Below the pieces are notes generated by a model. That model ran no database searches, had not been told where the DNA came from, and saw only the letters and a program-made list of their open reading frames with translations. From positions 2,688,001 to 2,752,000 of the forward strand of contig OY968762.1 of NCBI GenBank assembly GCA_963695225.1: a stretch of 64,000 nucleotides of DNA, in the 5' to 3' direction. The DNA comes from Vulcanimicrobiota bacterium. Its GTDB lineage: Bacteria > Vulcanimicrobiota > Vulcanimicrobiia > Vulcanimicrobiales > Vulcanimicrobiaceae. The position numbers were made by a program, and so were the translations under genes. Positions 49,080-58,894 of the stretch are shown in pieces (the stretch's first letter is position 1; every line of letters begins with the position of its first letter).

Positions 49080-50354
49080 ATGCAGTTGGAGAAAGTGCTC
49101 ACGGCCGGGATCGGCGAGTTGAATCTGCGCGATCTCGAGGTCTATCGCGCGCAGGGCGGGTACGCGCAGTTCGAGCGCGCCGTGACCGCGCTCAAACCCG
49201 CAGAGGTCGTCGACGCCACGTTGAAATCGGGCTTGCGCGGCCGCGGCGGCGCGGGCTTTCCGACGGGCAGGAAGTGGCAGTTCCTGCCGAACGACGGGCG
49301 CCCGCGCTACATGGTGTGCAATTGCGACGAGGCGGAGCCGGGGACGTTCAAGGATCACATGCTGCTCGAAGAGACGCCGCATCAGGTGATCGAGGGCATC
49401 CTGATCGGTTCGTACGCGATCGGCGCGCGGCACGCGTTCATGTTCATTCGCGGCGAATTCAAGCGCGGCTACGAGATCTTCATGGCCGCGGTCGAAGAGG
49501 CGCGCCGCGCCGGATACATCGGCGAGAACCTGTTCGGCACGGACTACTCGCTCGAGATGACCGTGCATCGCGGAGCGGGCGCCTACATCTGCGGAGAAGA
49601 GACGGCGTTGCTCAACGCCGTCGAAGGGCGCCGCGGCGAGCCGCGCCTGAAGCCGCCGTTCCCGGCGGTGAAGGGACTCTACGGCCAACCGACCGTCGTC
49701 AACAACGTCGAGACGCTCGGGTATCTGCCGCACATCCTGCGGCGCGGCCCGGAATGGTTCGCGAAGGTCGGGACGGAGCGCTCGACCGGCTACAAAGTCG
49801 TCTCGATCAGCGGGCACGTGCGCAAACCGGGGAATTACGAGATCCCGCTCGGCTTGCCGATTCGCGCGCTGATCGACGAGGTCGCCGGCGGTTTGCGGCC
49901 GGGTCGCACGTTCAAGGCCATCCAGCCGGGCGGCGGATCGTCGGCGTGCCTGTTCGAGGAGCATCTCGATCTCGGCTACGATTACGAGTCGCTCGCGGCC
50001 AACGGCACGATGCTCGGCTCGGGCGCCGTCGTCGTCTTCGACGACACGACCGATTTCGTGAAGGCCGCGCACGCGCTCGTGCGCTTCTTCGCGCACGAAT
50101 CGTGCGGGCAATGCACGCCCTGCCGGGAAGGCGGGCACTGGCTCGAGACGATGCTCGAGCGCATCCTGCACGGACAAGGACGGCTCTCGGATATCGATAT
50201 GCTGCTGGCCGTCAGCCGGCAGATGACGGGCCTCAACCTCTGCCCGCTCGGCGATTCGATCGAGCCGTTCTTGGCCTCGGTCGTCAAGCGCTTCCCCGAG
50301 CAATTCCGGGCCTACGTCGAGGGCGCGGCGCCCGCCGTCGCGGGGGCGCGCTAG
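49080..50354 (+). CDS. nuoF: NADH-quinone oxidoreductase subunit F
   Basis: GLRGRGGAGFPTG, GAGAYICGEETAL, ESCGQCTPCREG. Confidence 0.95.
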   Translation: MQLEKVLTAGIGELNLRDLEVYRAQGGYAQFERAVTALKPAEVVDATLKSGLRGRGGAGFPTGRKWQFLPNDGRPRYMVCNCDEAEPGTFKDHMLLEETPHQVIEGILIGSYAIGARHAFMFIRGEFKRGYEIFMAAVEEARRAGYIGENLFGTDYSLEMTVHRGAGAYICGEETALLNAVEGRRGEPRLKPPFPAVKGLYGQPTVVNNVETLGYLPHILRRGPEWFAKVGTERSTGYKVVSISGHVRKPGNYEIPLGLPIRALIDEVAGGLRPGRTFKAIQPGGGSSACLFEEHLDLGYDYESLAANGTMLGSGAVVVFDDTTDFVKAAHALVRFFAHESCGQCTPCREGGHWLETMLERILHGQGRLSDIDMLLAVSRQMTGLNLCPLGDSIEPFLASVVKRFPEQFRAYVEGAAPAVAGAR

Positions 50355-52588
50355 TGGCGAAAGACGTCACGCTCACGATCGACGGGGTCTCCGTCACCGT
50401 CCCCGAGGGGACGCTCCTCGTCGATGCGGCGAAGCGGATCCACACCGACATTCCGGTCTATTGCTATCACGAGAAGCTCGGGCCGGCGGGCCTCTGCCGC
50501 ATGTGCTTGGTCGACGTCGCGAAGACGCCGAAACTGCAGATCGCGTGCAACACGACGGTCGCTGAAGGGATGATCGTCGAGACGCGCGGGAAGAAGGTCG
50601 AAGAGGGGCGGCGCGCGGTCCTCGAGTTCTTGCTGGTCAACCACCCGCTCGATTGCCCGATCTGCGACAAGGGCGGCGAATGCGACCTGCAAGACTACGC
50701 GATGGCGTACGGCCAGGGCGCTTCGCGCCTTGCCGAACCGAAGGGGAGCAAGCCCAAGGCGATCGATCTCGGGCCGACGATCGTGCTCGACGACGAGCGC
50801 TGCGTCGTCTGCCAACGCTGTTCGCGCTTCGACGAGATCATCACGAACGAATGCTCGCTCGTCGTCAAAGACCGCGGGCAGCGCGACGTCATTTCGACGG
50901 CGACCGGCGAGCCGTACGTCTCGGATTTCAGCGGGAACGTGACGGAACTTTGCCCGGTCGGAGCGCTGACCTCGAAGACGTATCGTTTCAAGTCGCGCCC
51001 GTGGGACTTGAACCGGACGCGCACGTCGTGCATGCAGTGCAGCCTCGGGTGCGGCGTGAATCTCGACGCGCGTTTCGGCGAAGTGCTGCGCGTGATGTCG
51101 GCCGACGACGACGATGCGAACTCGGAAGGCTGGCTCTGCGATCGCGGCCGCTACAACGTCGCCTACGCGAAGGACGCGCGGCGCCTGACCTCGCCGCTGT
51201 TGCGCCGCGAGGGCGAGTGGGTGCAGATCGGCTGGGACGAGGCGATCGCGCTCTGGGCACGATCGCTGCGCGACGCCGCGCCGGAGGAGATCGCCGCGCT
51301 CGGCGGCGGTCGCCTGTTGAACGAGGAGGCGTACCTGCTGCAGCACGTCTACCGGGCGGCCGGAGCGCGGCATCTCGATTGGCGCGCCGGCCGCCAGCGC
51401 ATGGCGTTGCCGCCGCTCCCCGGAACCCCGGCGGACCTCGAGACGGCCGACGCGATCGTCACGTACGGCCGCCCGCCCGCGCAGCTCGCCCCGGTCCTCG
51501 ATCTGCGTATTCGCAAAGCGGTCAAGCGGGCCGGCGCGACGCTGATCTCGCTCGGCGCGCATCGCGCAGGATCGCGCGTCGCGGAGAAGCACGCGAACAC
51601 GATCGAGGAACTCGACGCGGCGCTTCCGGCGGAATACTCGCGTCTCGCGGTCGTGTGGGACGGCATCGACGGCCCGCTCAACGAGGCGTTCGCGGCTTGG
51701 TGCTTCGCGCGCCGGGCTGCCGGGAAAACGGTCTTCGCGTACGTCCCTTCCGAGCAGCCGAACGGACGCGGCGCCGAGGCGATGGGGATGCTCCCTCGCG
51801 ACGGCGGGCTCGAAAGCTTCGGCATCTTCGGGGCGGCGCGCGAGGGACGGATCCGGACGCTCGCGATCCTCGGCGCGAATCCGATGTTGCGCTTCCCCGA
51901 TCGCGCGCTCGTCGAAGAGGCGCTCGCGCGCACGCCGTTCGTGGTCGTCAGCGAACTGTTCATGACGGAAACCGCCGAGCGCGCGACGCTGGTCCTGCCC
52001 GCCGCAGGGCCGTTCGAAAAGCGCGGAACGATGCTCAATCTGAGCGGCAACCTCGTTTCGATCGCGCCCGGTGTCCCCGCGCCCGAAGGCGTCCTCTCCG
52101 ACGGCGAGATGCTCGTCGCGCTCGGCGCGGAACTCGGCGTCGCGCTACCGGCCCCGGAGCGCCTCGAGGCCGCCGTGCTCGAACTCGCCTGCGCGGAGCG
52201 CGCGATCGGGGCCGCGCCGCACGAACGCCCGCCGCTCTCCGGCGGCGGGAGGCTGACGCTCCTCGTCGATTCGCCGATCTTCAGCGGCGGCGGGACGAGC
52301 GCGTTCGACGAACGGATCGCGGCCCTGCGCCCGCAGGCGCGCGCGCGCGTTTGCGCGGCGACCGCTCGCGAGCTGGGGATCGCGGCGGGCGACGCCGTCG
52401 ATCTCGACGGCGGCGGCGAACGGTTGCTGCGCGGGCTCGCGGTCGCCATAGACGACGCGCTCGCGCCGGGGACGGTTGCGATCGTCGACGGCTTGCCCGG
52501 ATTCCCCGCGAACGCGCTCGGCCCCGCGGATACCGTCGCGCTCGTCGCCGTGCGGCCGGCTCGGGATCTCGCGGAGTCGAAGGCGTGA
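50354..52588 (+). CDS. nuoG: NADH-quinone oxidoreductase subunit G
   Basis: [44 protein letters not shown]. Confidence 0.92.
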   Translation: MAKDVTLTIDGVSVTVPEGTLLVDAAKRIHTDIPVYCYHEKLGPAGLCRMCLVDVAKTPKLQIACNTTVAEGMIVETRGKKVEEGRRAVLEFLLVNHPLDCPICDKGGECDLQDYAMAYGQGASRLAEPKGSKPKAIDLGPTIVLDDERCVVCQRCSRFDEIITNECSLVVKDRGQRDVISTATGEPYVSDFSGNVTELCPVGALTSKTYRFKSRPWDLNRTRTSCMQCSLGCGVNLDARFGEVLRVMSADDDDANSEGWLCDRGRYNVAYAKDARRLTSPLLRREGEWVQIGWDEAIALWARSLRDAAPEEIAALGGGRLLNEEAYLLQHVYRAAGARHLDWRAGRQRMALPPLPGTPADLETADAIVTYGRPPAQLAPVLDLRIRKAVKRAGATLISLGAHRAGSRVAEKHANTIEELDAALPAEYSRLAVVWDGIDGPLNEAFAAWCFARRAAGKTVFAYVPSEQPNGRGAEAMGMLPRDGGLESFGIFGAAREGRIRTLAILGANPMLRFPDRALVEEALARTPFVVVSELFMTETAERATLVLPAAGPFEKRGTMLNLSGNLVSIAPGVPAPEGVLSDGEMLVALGAELGVALPAPERLEAAVLELACAERAIGAAPHERPPLSGGGRLTLLVDSPIFSGGGTSAFDERIAALRPQARARVCAATARELGIAAGDAVDLDGGGERLLRGLAVAIDDALAPGTVAIVDGLPGFPANALGPADTVALVAVRPARDLAESKA

Positions 52589-53592
52589 ACGCGGTGCTCG
52601 ACGTGCTCAACGCGGCGCCGCTCTGGCTCGTCGTCACCATCAAGTCGGTGATCTTGCTGGTCGTCGTGCTGACGACGTTCGCATATCTGATGCTCTTCGA
52701 GCGCAAGATCTTGGGCTGGATGCAATTGCGTCCCGGTCCGAATCGCGTCGGCCCGTGGGGCCTGCTGCAACCCGCCGCGGACGCCGCGAAGATGCTCTTC
52801 AAGGAGGATCTCACGCCGAAAACGGCCGACCCGTTCGTCTATCGCTACGCGCCGTTCATCTCGCTGTTCACGGCGATGGCCACCTTCGCGATCATCCCGT
52901 TTTCGGAAAGCGACGGCGTCGTTTGGGGCATCTCCGACGTCAACGCCGGGATCTTGGCGATCTTCGCGTTGACCTCGATCGGCGTGTACGGGATCTCGCT
53001 CGCCGGATGGTCGTCGGGCTCGAAGTTCTCGCTTTTGGGGAGCGTCCGTTCGACCGCGCAGATGATCAGCTACGAGCTTGCGATGACGATGTCGGTCGTC
53101 GGCGTCCTGATCCTCGCCGGAACGACCTCGCTCTCGGGGATCGTCCACGCGCAGCAGCGCGTCTGGTTCGTGATCCCGCAGTTGATCGGCTTCGCGATCT
53201 ACATCATCACCGCGGTCGCGGAGACGAACCGCACGCCGTTCGACCTCGTCGAAGCCGAGACGGAACTCGTCGGCGGCTTCCACACGGAGTACTCGGGGCT
53301 CCGCTTCGGGCTGTTCTTCATCGCGGAATACCTGAACATGATCACGATCGCGTGCTTGGCGACGCTGCTCTTCTTCGGAGGGTGGAACGCGCCGTTCGGC
53401 CTCGTGATGATTCCGGGGATCGTATGGTTCATCCTGAAGGCGTCGATGTTCATCTTCATGTACATCTGGCTGCGCGCGACGCTGCCGCGCATGCGGTACG
53501 ACCGCCTGATGGCGTTCGGCTGGAAGTTCCTGCTTCCGGTGGCGATCCTCAATCTGATGATCACGGCGGCGATCGTCGCCGTGACGGGATAG
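52585..53592 (+). CDS. nuoH: NADH-quinone oxidoreductase subunit H
   Basis: [30 protein letters not shown]. Confidence 0.94.
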   Translation: MNAVLDVLNAAPLWLVVTIKSVILLVVVLTTFAYLMLFERKILGWMQLRPGPNRVGPWGLLQPAADAAKMLFKEDLTPKTADPFVYRYAPFISLFTAMATFAIIPFSESDGVVWGISDVNAGILAIFALTSIGVYGISLAGWSSGSKFSLLGSVRSTAQMISYELAMTMSVVGVLILAGTTSLSGIVHAQQRVWFVIPQLIGFAIYIITAVAETNRTPFDLVEAETELVGGFHTEYSGLRFGLFFIAEYLNMITIACLATLLFFGGWNAPFGLVMIPGIVWFILKASMFIFMYIWLRATLPRMRYDRLMAFGWKFLLPVAILNLMITAAIVAVTG

Positions 53593-53595
53593 GCC

Positions 53596-54192
53596 GTGCG
53601 CGAATTTTTCAACGCGGTCACCGCTCTCGGCGCCGGCTTCGCAACGACGTTCCGGTACCTATTCAAGAAGAAGCCGACGATCGAATACCCGTCGGTGAAG
53701 AAGCAGCACGCCCCGCGCTTCCACGGCCTGCACGAACTCCGCCGCTACGGCGACGGCAAAGAGCGCTGCATCGGCTGCGAGCTCTGCGCGATCGCCTGCC
53801 CCGCGAACGCGATCACCGTGATCGGCGCCGAAAACTCGCCCGAGCATCGCTACTCACCGGGCGAGCGCTACGCCGCACGCTACGAGATCGACGAGCTGCG
53901 CTGCATCTTCTGCGGCCTCTGCGAAGAAGCGTGCCCGACCGACGCGATCGTCCTGACGCCGCGCTTCGAGATGGCGGATTACCGCCGCGGTGCGTTCATC
54001 TATTCCAAGGACCGCCTGCTCGTGCCGCCCGAGGCCGGCGTCGGCACGCCTCCCGACGAGCGCCCGAACGGGATCCCCGGCGATCTGGGCGCCGTGATCG
54101 AACAGAAGTCCACGGTCGATATCGCCGCCGGTTACGGCGCGACGAACCGCGGTGAGATCCTCAAGACGGAACGGAAGGGGCTCGCCGGATGA
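53596..54192 (+). CDS. nuoI: NADH-quinone oxidoreductase subunit I
   Basis: Two CxxCxxCxxxCP ferredoxin motifs. Confidence 0.94.
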   Translation: MREFFNAVTALGAGFATTFRYLFKKKPTIEYPSVKKQHAPRFHGLHELRRYGDGKERCIGCELCAIACPANAITVIGAENSPEHRYSPGERYAARYEIDELRCIFCGLCEEACPTDAIVLTPRFEMADYRRGAFIYSKDRLLVPPEAGVGTPPDERPNGIPGDLGAVIEQKSTVDIAAGYGATNRGEILKTERKGLAG

Positions 54193-54788
54193 TCCTCTTC
54201 GCCGTCCTCGCCGCCGTGCTGATCGTCAGCGCGCTCTTCACGATCACGGCCAAGAAGCCGGTCTACAGCGTCGTCGGCTTGCTGCTGCACTTCCTCGCGC
54301 TCGCACTCCTCTATCTCTCGCTCTCCGCCGAGTTCATGGCCGTCATCCAGATCGTCGTCTACAGCGGCGCGATCCTCGTCCTCTTCGTCTTCGTCATCGC
54401 GCTGCTCTCGAGCGGGATCGCCCCCTTCAGCGTCGGTCCCGACCGCATGCCGCGCGCCATCATCCCGGCCGCGATCGTCTCGTTCGTCACGCTCGCGCTC
54501 GTGATCTTCGGCATCTCGCGCACGCCGTTCATCGAGATCACGAACGTCGGCGCAGCGACGAACGCGGGCGCTCCCGGGCTCGCGGGCGTCTTCGGCAGCG
54601 TCGCGGACTTCGGCGCGGCCCTGTTTACGACGCAGCTCCTCCCCTTCGAGATCACGGCCTTCATCCTGATGGTCGCGGTGATCGGCGTCGTCCTCCTCGC
54701 AGGCGACGCATCCCCCGTGAAAGGCCTGCCCACGCGCCGCCGCCCGAGTTCCGGCGAACGCGAGCCGATCGTGAAGGCGAAATCGTGA
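54189..54788 (+). CDS. nuoJ: NADH-quinone oxidoreductase subunit J
   Basis: QIVVYSGAILVLF, LPFE. Confidence 0.9.
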   Translation: MILFAVLAAVLIVSALFTITAKKPVYSVVGLLLHFLALALLYLSLSAEFMAVIQIVVYSGAILVLFVFVIALLSSGIAPFSVGPDRMPRAIIPAAIVSFVTLALVIFGISRTPFIEITNVGAATNAGAPGLAGVFGSVADFGAALFTTQLLPFEITAFILMVAVIGVVLLAGDASPVKGLPTRRRPSSGEREPIVKAKS

Positions 54789-55090
54789 GCGTCCCGATCT
54801 CGTTCTACATCGCGCTCTCCGCCGTGCTCTTCTTCATCGGCGTCGCCGGCGTGCTCGTCCGGCGAAACCCGCTCATCATGCTCATGTCGATCGAGCTGAT
54901 GTGGAACGCCGCCAACGTCGCGTTCATCGCCTTCTCGCGCGCCTGGCTCACGAACGTCGGCCACATTTTTGCGTTCCTCGTCATCACCGTCGCCGCCGCC
55001 GAAGCCGCGATCGGCCTTGCCATCGTCGTCGTCGTCTTCCGCAACGCGAAGAACGTCGACGTCGATGAAGTCGCGAGCTTGCACGGATGA
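54785..55090 (+). CDS. nuoK: NADH-quinone oxidoreductase subunit K
   Basis: RRNPLIMLMSIELM, AAAEAAIGL. Confidence 0.92.
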   Translation: MSVPISFYIALSAVLFFIGVAGVLVRRNPLIMLMSIELMWNAANVAFIAFSRAWLTNVGHIFAFLVITVAAAEAAIGLAIVVVVFRNAKNVDVDEVASLHG

Positions 55091-55121
55091 GGAGTTTGCT
55101 TTCGGCTTGCTCGATGTTGCC

Positions 55122-55288
55122 CGCGTTGCCCGCGGCCGGGTCGGGGCGACGGTTCCCCCGCGGGGACGCCCGCGATTTCGCATCCATGCGAAATCGCTAC
55201 TCGTCCACTTTCCCGCTCCCGCCATCCTGGCTCCGCGGGAAAGCTGGACGCCCCGCGGTGAAACCATCGCCCCGCCCCGCCCGCTACC
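55122..55288 (+). repeat. Palindromic element copy C (intact)
   Basis: Outer IR ggggcgacggttcccccgcgggg / ccccgcggtgaaaccatcgcccc; hairpin gcgatttcgcat-cc-atgcgaaatcgc; second hairpin ctttcccgc..gccatcctggc..gcgggaaag; gctacc end. Confidence 0.88.
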
Positions 55289-55363
55289 TAGAGGCAGGCG
55301 GAAAGCCGCGGCACGCGCCAAACGGCCATCCGCACGCTATCGCCTTTGCCTCCACTGCTAGCC

Positions 55364-55525
55364 GGCAGCAGTCCTCGTGGGCGGGGCGACGTCCCGTCCC
55401 CGGGGGCTCCGACGACGAGCGGAGCCATGGATGGCGGGAGCGAGGAGCGGTGCAGCGTGAGTTTTCGCAGGATGCGAAAACTCACAGCGGCCCCGGGGAC
55501 GGGATGTCGCCCCGACCGCGAGGAC
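55364..55525 (-). repeat. Palindromic element copy E (divergent, inverted relative to C)
   Basis: Outer IR gtcctcgtgggcggggcgacgtcccgtccccgggg / ccccggggacgggatgtcgccccgaccgcgaggac; core ggagccatggatggcgggagc; hairpin gtgagttttcgca-gga-tgcgaaaactcac. Confidence 0.75.
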
Positions 55526-55550
55526 GTCACCGTCTAGGAGAACCCCAAGC

Positions 55551-57440
55551 ATGCTGATCACGCTTTGGCTAGCTCCATTGATTGGCGCGATCGTGCTGTG
55601 GAGCTTCGGCCCCGTGCTGCGCGATAAGGGCGGCTGGCTTGGGTCGGGCGTCGTTGCGTTTTCGTTCGTCGAGGCGCTCTCGCTGTTCTCGGCGGCGGGG
55701 GCTCCGCGCGGCGAGCATGCGGTGGGGGTGCAGGAGGCGCTCGTGGCGTGGGCGCCGGGGTGGCAGCTGGGGCTGCTGCTCGATCCGCTTTCGCTGCTGT
55801 GGACGCTGATCATCACGGGCGTCGGGTGCTTGATCCACGTGTACTCGATCGGGTACATGGATGGGGATAAGGCGGTCGCGCGGTTCTTTGCGTATCTGAA
55901 CTTCTTCGTGTTCGCGATGCTGACGCTCGTGCTCTCCGATAACTTCATCGGGTTGCTCGTCGGGTGGGGGCTCGTAGGGCTCGCCTCGTTCTTCCTGATC
56001 GGGTATTACATCGACCGGCCGAGCGCGGTGGCGGCGGCGAAGAAGGCGTTCGTCATCAACGTGTTCGGCGACGTCGGGCTGATGTTCGCGATCTTCGTGA
56101 TCTTTGCGGCGGTCGGGTCCATCACGTATGCGGATACGTTTGCGAATCTCTCGAAGTTCGCGCCGGGCGTGCTGTTCTTGGCGTGCTTCGGGCTGTTCGT
56201 GGCATGTGCTGCGAAGTCGGCGCAGGTTCCGCTGCATACGTGGTTGCCGGACGCGATGGAAGGGCCGACGCCGGTCTCGGCGCTGATCCATGCGGCGACG
56301 ATGGTGACGGCGGGCGTGTACTTGATCGCACGCTGTTGGCCGATGTGGGATGCGTCGCCGGGCGCGCGCGAGATGGTCGGGATCGTGGGGGCCGTCACGG
56401 CTCTGGCGGGGGCGATTCTGGGCGTCGTGCAGTGGGATATCAAGCGGATCCTCGCCTATTCGACGATGAGCCAGATCGGCTACATGATCATGGGCGTAGG
56501 CGTCGGAGCGTACGAGGCGGGCGTGCTGCATTTCTTCACGCACGCGTTCTTCAAGGCGCAACTGTTCCTTGGAGCGGGCCTGATCATTCATGCGCTCGGA
56601 GACGAGCAAGACGTGCGCAAGATGGGCGGGCTGAGGAAAAAGATGCCGTTTGCATTTCTTGCGATGCTGACGGGGACGCTCGCGATTTGCGGGATCCCGC
56701 CGTTCAGCGGCTTCTACAGCAAGGATGCGGTCATCTACGGCGCGCTCGCGCACGGGCATCCGGCGCTGTTTGCGGTCGGAGTGCTCGTCGCGGGGATCAC
56801 GGCGTTCTACATGTTCCGCATGATCTTCATCGTGTTCTTCGGGAGCGATCGGACGGAGCCGCATCACGCGCATCACGGGCACGCCCCGGCGTGGCTCACG
56901 CAGCTTCCGGTCGGGGTGTTGATCGTCCCGACGGTCTTTGCGGGGTTGGTTTCAGTCGGCGGCGAGCAGAGCCCGTGGGGGCGGTTCCTCGGCCCCGTGT
57001 TCGAGGGCGCGACGAAGGTCGAGACGGCGGCGCTTCCGGAGTGGGCGGCGACGGTGCTCGTGCTCGCCGTCGTTATTGTGGGGATCGCGCTTGCGAGCTT
57101 GCGGTATGTCACGGGGGCCGCCGTGCGTTCGGACGATCGCGCGGTGCTCGCGCGGGAGACGGCGAGCGTTCCCCCCGTGCTCGCGAACGCGTATTACGTC
57201 GATGCGGCGCTCGAGCTTTGCTTCGTGCGGCCGGCGCGCGCCGTTGGGACGGCGTTCTCACGGTTCGTCGATCCGAACGTGATCGATGCGATCGTCCGGG
57301 CCGTCGCGAGCGGGGCGGTGTGGCTCGGGTTCGAGTTCCGGACGCTGCAGACGGGGCTCCTGCGCGGTTACGCGCTCACGATCGTCGTCGGCGCCGCGTG
57401 CGTGCTCGGCTACTTCGTATGGCTGGGAGCGGCGCGATGA
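55551..57440 (+). CDS. nuoL: NADH-quinone oxidoreductase subunit L
   Basis: KSAQVPLHTWLPDAMEGPTPVSALIHAATMV, HAFFKA. Confidence 0.94.
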   Translation: MLITLWLAPLIGAIVLWSFGPVLRDKGGWLGSGVVAFSFVEALSLFSAAGAPRGEHAVGVQEALVAWAPGWQLGLLLDPLSLLWTLIITGVGCLIHVYSIGYMDGDKAVARFFAYLNFFVFAMLTLVLSDNFIGLLVGWGLVGLASFFLIGYYIDRPSAVAAAKKAFVINVFGDVGLMFAIFVIFAAVGSITYADTFANLSKFAPGVLFLACFGLFVACAAKSAQVPLHTWLPDAMEGPTPVSALIHAATMVTAGVYLIARCWPMWDASPGAREMVGIVGAVTALAGAILGVVQWDIKRILAYSTMSQIGYMIMGVGVGAYEAGVLHFFTHAFFKAQLFLGAGLIIHALGDEQDVRKMGGLRKKMPFAFLAMLTGTLAICGIPPFSGFYSKDAVIYGALAHGHPALFAVGVLVAGITAFYMFRMIFIVFFGSDRTEPHHAHHGHAPAWLTQLPVGVLIVPTVFAGLVSVGGEQSPWGRFLGPVFEGATKVETAALPEWAATVLVLAVVIVGIALASLRYVTGAAVRSDDRAVLARETASVPPVLANAYYVDAALELCFVRPARAVGTAFSRFVDPNVIDAIVRAVASGAVWLGFEFRTLQTGLLRGYALTIVVGAACVLGYFVWLGAAR

Positions 57441-58894
57441 TTCTCGAGCTCGTCCTCGTTCCGATCCTCTCCGGGCTCGCGCTCTATGCGCTGCCGCGCA
57501 GCAATGAGGTCGTCGCGAAGTGGGTCGCGGTTGCGATCGCGGCGACGGTCTTCGCGATGACCGCGATCTCCGCCGATGCGCCGGACATTTCGATCCCGTG
57601 GCTCTCGCGGCCGTTCACGTCGGTGTTCCATTTCGGGCTCGGACACGGGCCTTCGTATTGGATCGCGTCGCTGCTCGGGTTGACGACGGTCTGCGCGCTG
57701 CTCGCTGCCCAGGTTCCGCGCTTGCGCGATTTTTGCGCGCAGATGTTGATCTCGTACGGCGCGATGCTCGGCGTCTTCCTCGCCCGCGATCTCCTGATGT
57801 TCGCGCTGTTCTGGGATCTGATGCTGATCCCGGTCTTCTTGATCTTGCTCGCGTGGGGAAGCAGCCGCGATAGTTCGAGCGCGTGGCGCTACTTGATCTA
57901 CAATCTCACCGGCGGCCTCGCGTTGTTGCTCGCGACGGCGGCGTTCGGCGTCGTCGCCGGGACGACGGACGTGATCGGCAGGCCGTTCGGCCCCGATCTC
58001 TCCGAGATCGGCAGCGTGTGGGGGCCGTGGGTCTTCGCGGGCTTCGCGCTCGCGTTCGCGATCAAGACGCCGGTCTGGCCTTTCCACACCTGGATGCCCG
58101 CGACGTATACGGACCTGCCTGCGCCCGCCGTCGCCGTCGTGAGTGCGGTTCAATCGAAAGCGGGATTGTACGGGCTGCTGGTGATCGGCCTCGGGTTGTT
58201 CCCGACCTACGTGCACGCAGCGGTTCCGATCGTCGTGACGCTCGGTTTCGTCGGGCTGTTCTATGGCGCGTTCGTCGCGCTCGTCAGCGACGATGCGAAG
58301 CTCGTCGTCGGGTACTCGTCGCTCTCGCATCTCGGGTTGATCGCGATCGCGATCGTCGCCGGAAATCAGCTCGCGCTCGGGGGCGCGCTCGTGTACATCG
58401 TCGCGCACGGCTTGTTCAGCGCCGGCCTCTTCCTCGTGCTCGGAGCGGTCGAAGGGCGCGAGGAGACGCGTTCCTTGCGCCGCCTCAGCGGTCTTGGGAC
58501 GGAGAATCCGCGCCTCGCCGGAGCGGTCGCGATCATGGCGCTCGCGGCGCTCGGTTTACCGGGCCTCGCCGGGTTCGCGGGCGAGATCTTGATTCTAGTG
58601 GGCCTCTATCAAGCGGGAGCCACCTGGGTTGCGATCCTCGCGCTCATCCCCGTCGTTCTCGCAGCCGCGTACATGCTGCGCATTTTCCAGGGGATGATGC
58701 ACGGCCCGCAGCACGCCGATCTCCCCGTGCGCGCGGATCTCTCCGCGTTGGAGTTCGCGGCGCTCGCGCCGCTCGTCGTGGCGATCGTGATGCTCGGCTT
58801 CGATCCCGGCCCGCTCGTCGCCGCGATCCCCCCTAGTTCCGGCCCGGCGCAGAGCGCCGCCCCGGCACCCCCCGCGAACGTGGCGGTGAAGTGA
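57437..58894 (+). CDS. nuoM: NADH-quinone oxidoreductase subunit M
   Basis: IKTPVWPFHTWMP, YSSLSHLG, GLPGLAGFAGE. Confidence 0.9.
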   Translation: MILELVLVPILSGLALYALPRSNEVVAKWVAVAIAATVFAMTAISADAPDISIPWLSRPFTSVFHFGLGHGPSYWIASLLGLTTVCALLAAQVPRLRDFCAQMLISYGAMLGVFLARDLLMFALFWDLMLIPVFLILLAWGSSRDSSSAWRYLIYNLTGGLALLLATAAFGVVAGTTDVIGRPFGPDLSEIGSVWGPWVFAGFALAFAIKTPVWPFHTWMPATYTDLPAPAVAVVSAVQSKAGLYGLLVIGLGLFPTYVHAAVPIVVTLGFVGLFYGAFVALVSDDAKLVVGYSSLSHLGLIAIAIVAGNQLALGGALVYIVAHGLFSAGLFLVLGAVEGREETRSLRRLSGLGTENPRLAGAVAIMALAALGLPGLAGFAGEILILVGLYQAGATWVAILALIPVVLAAAYMLRIFQGMMHGPQHADLPVRADLSALEFAALAPLVVAIVMLGFDPGPLVAAIPPSSGPAQSAAPAPPANVAVK

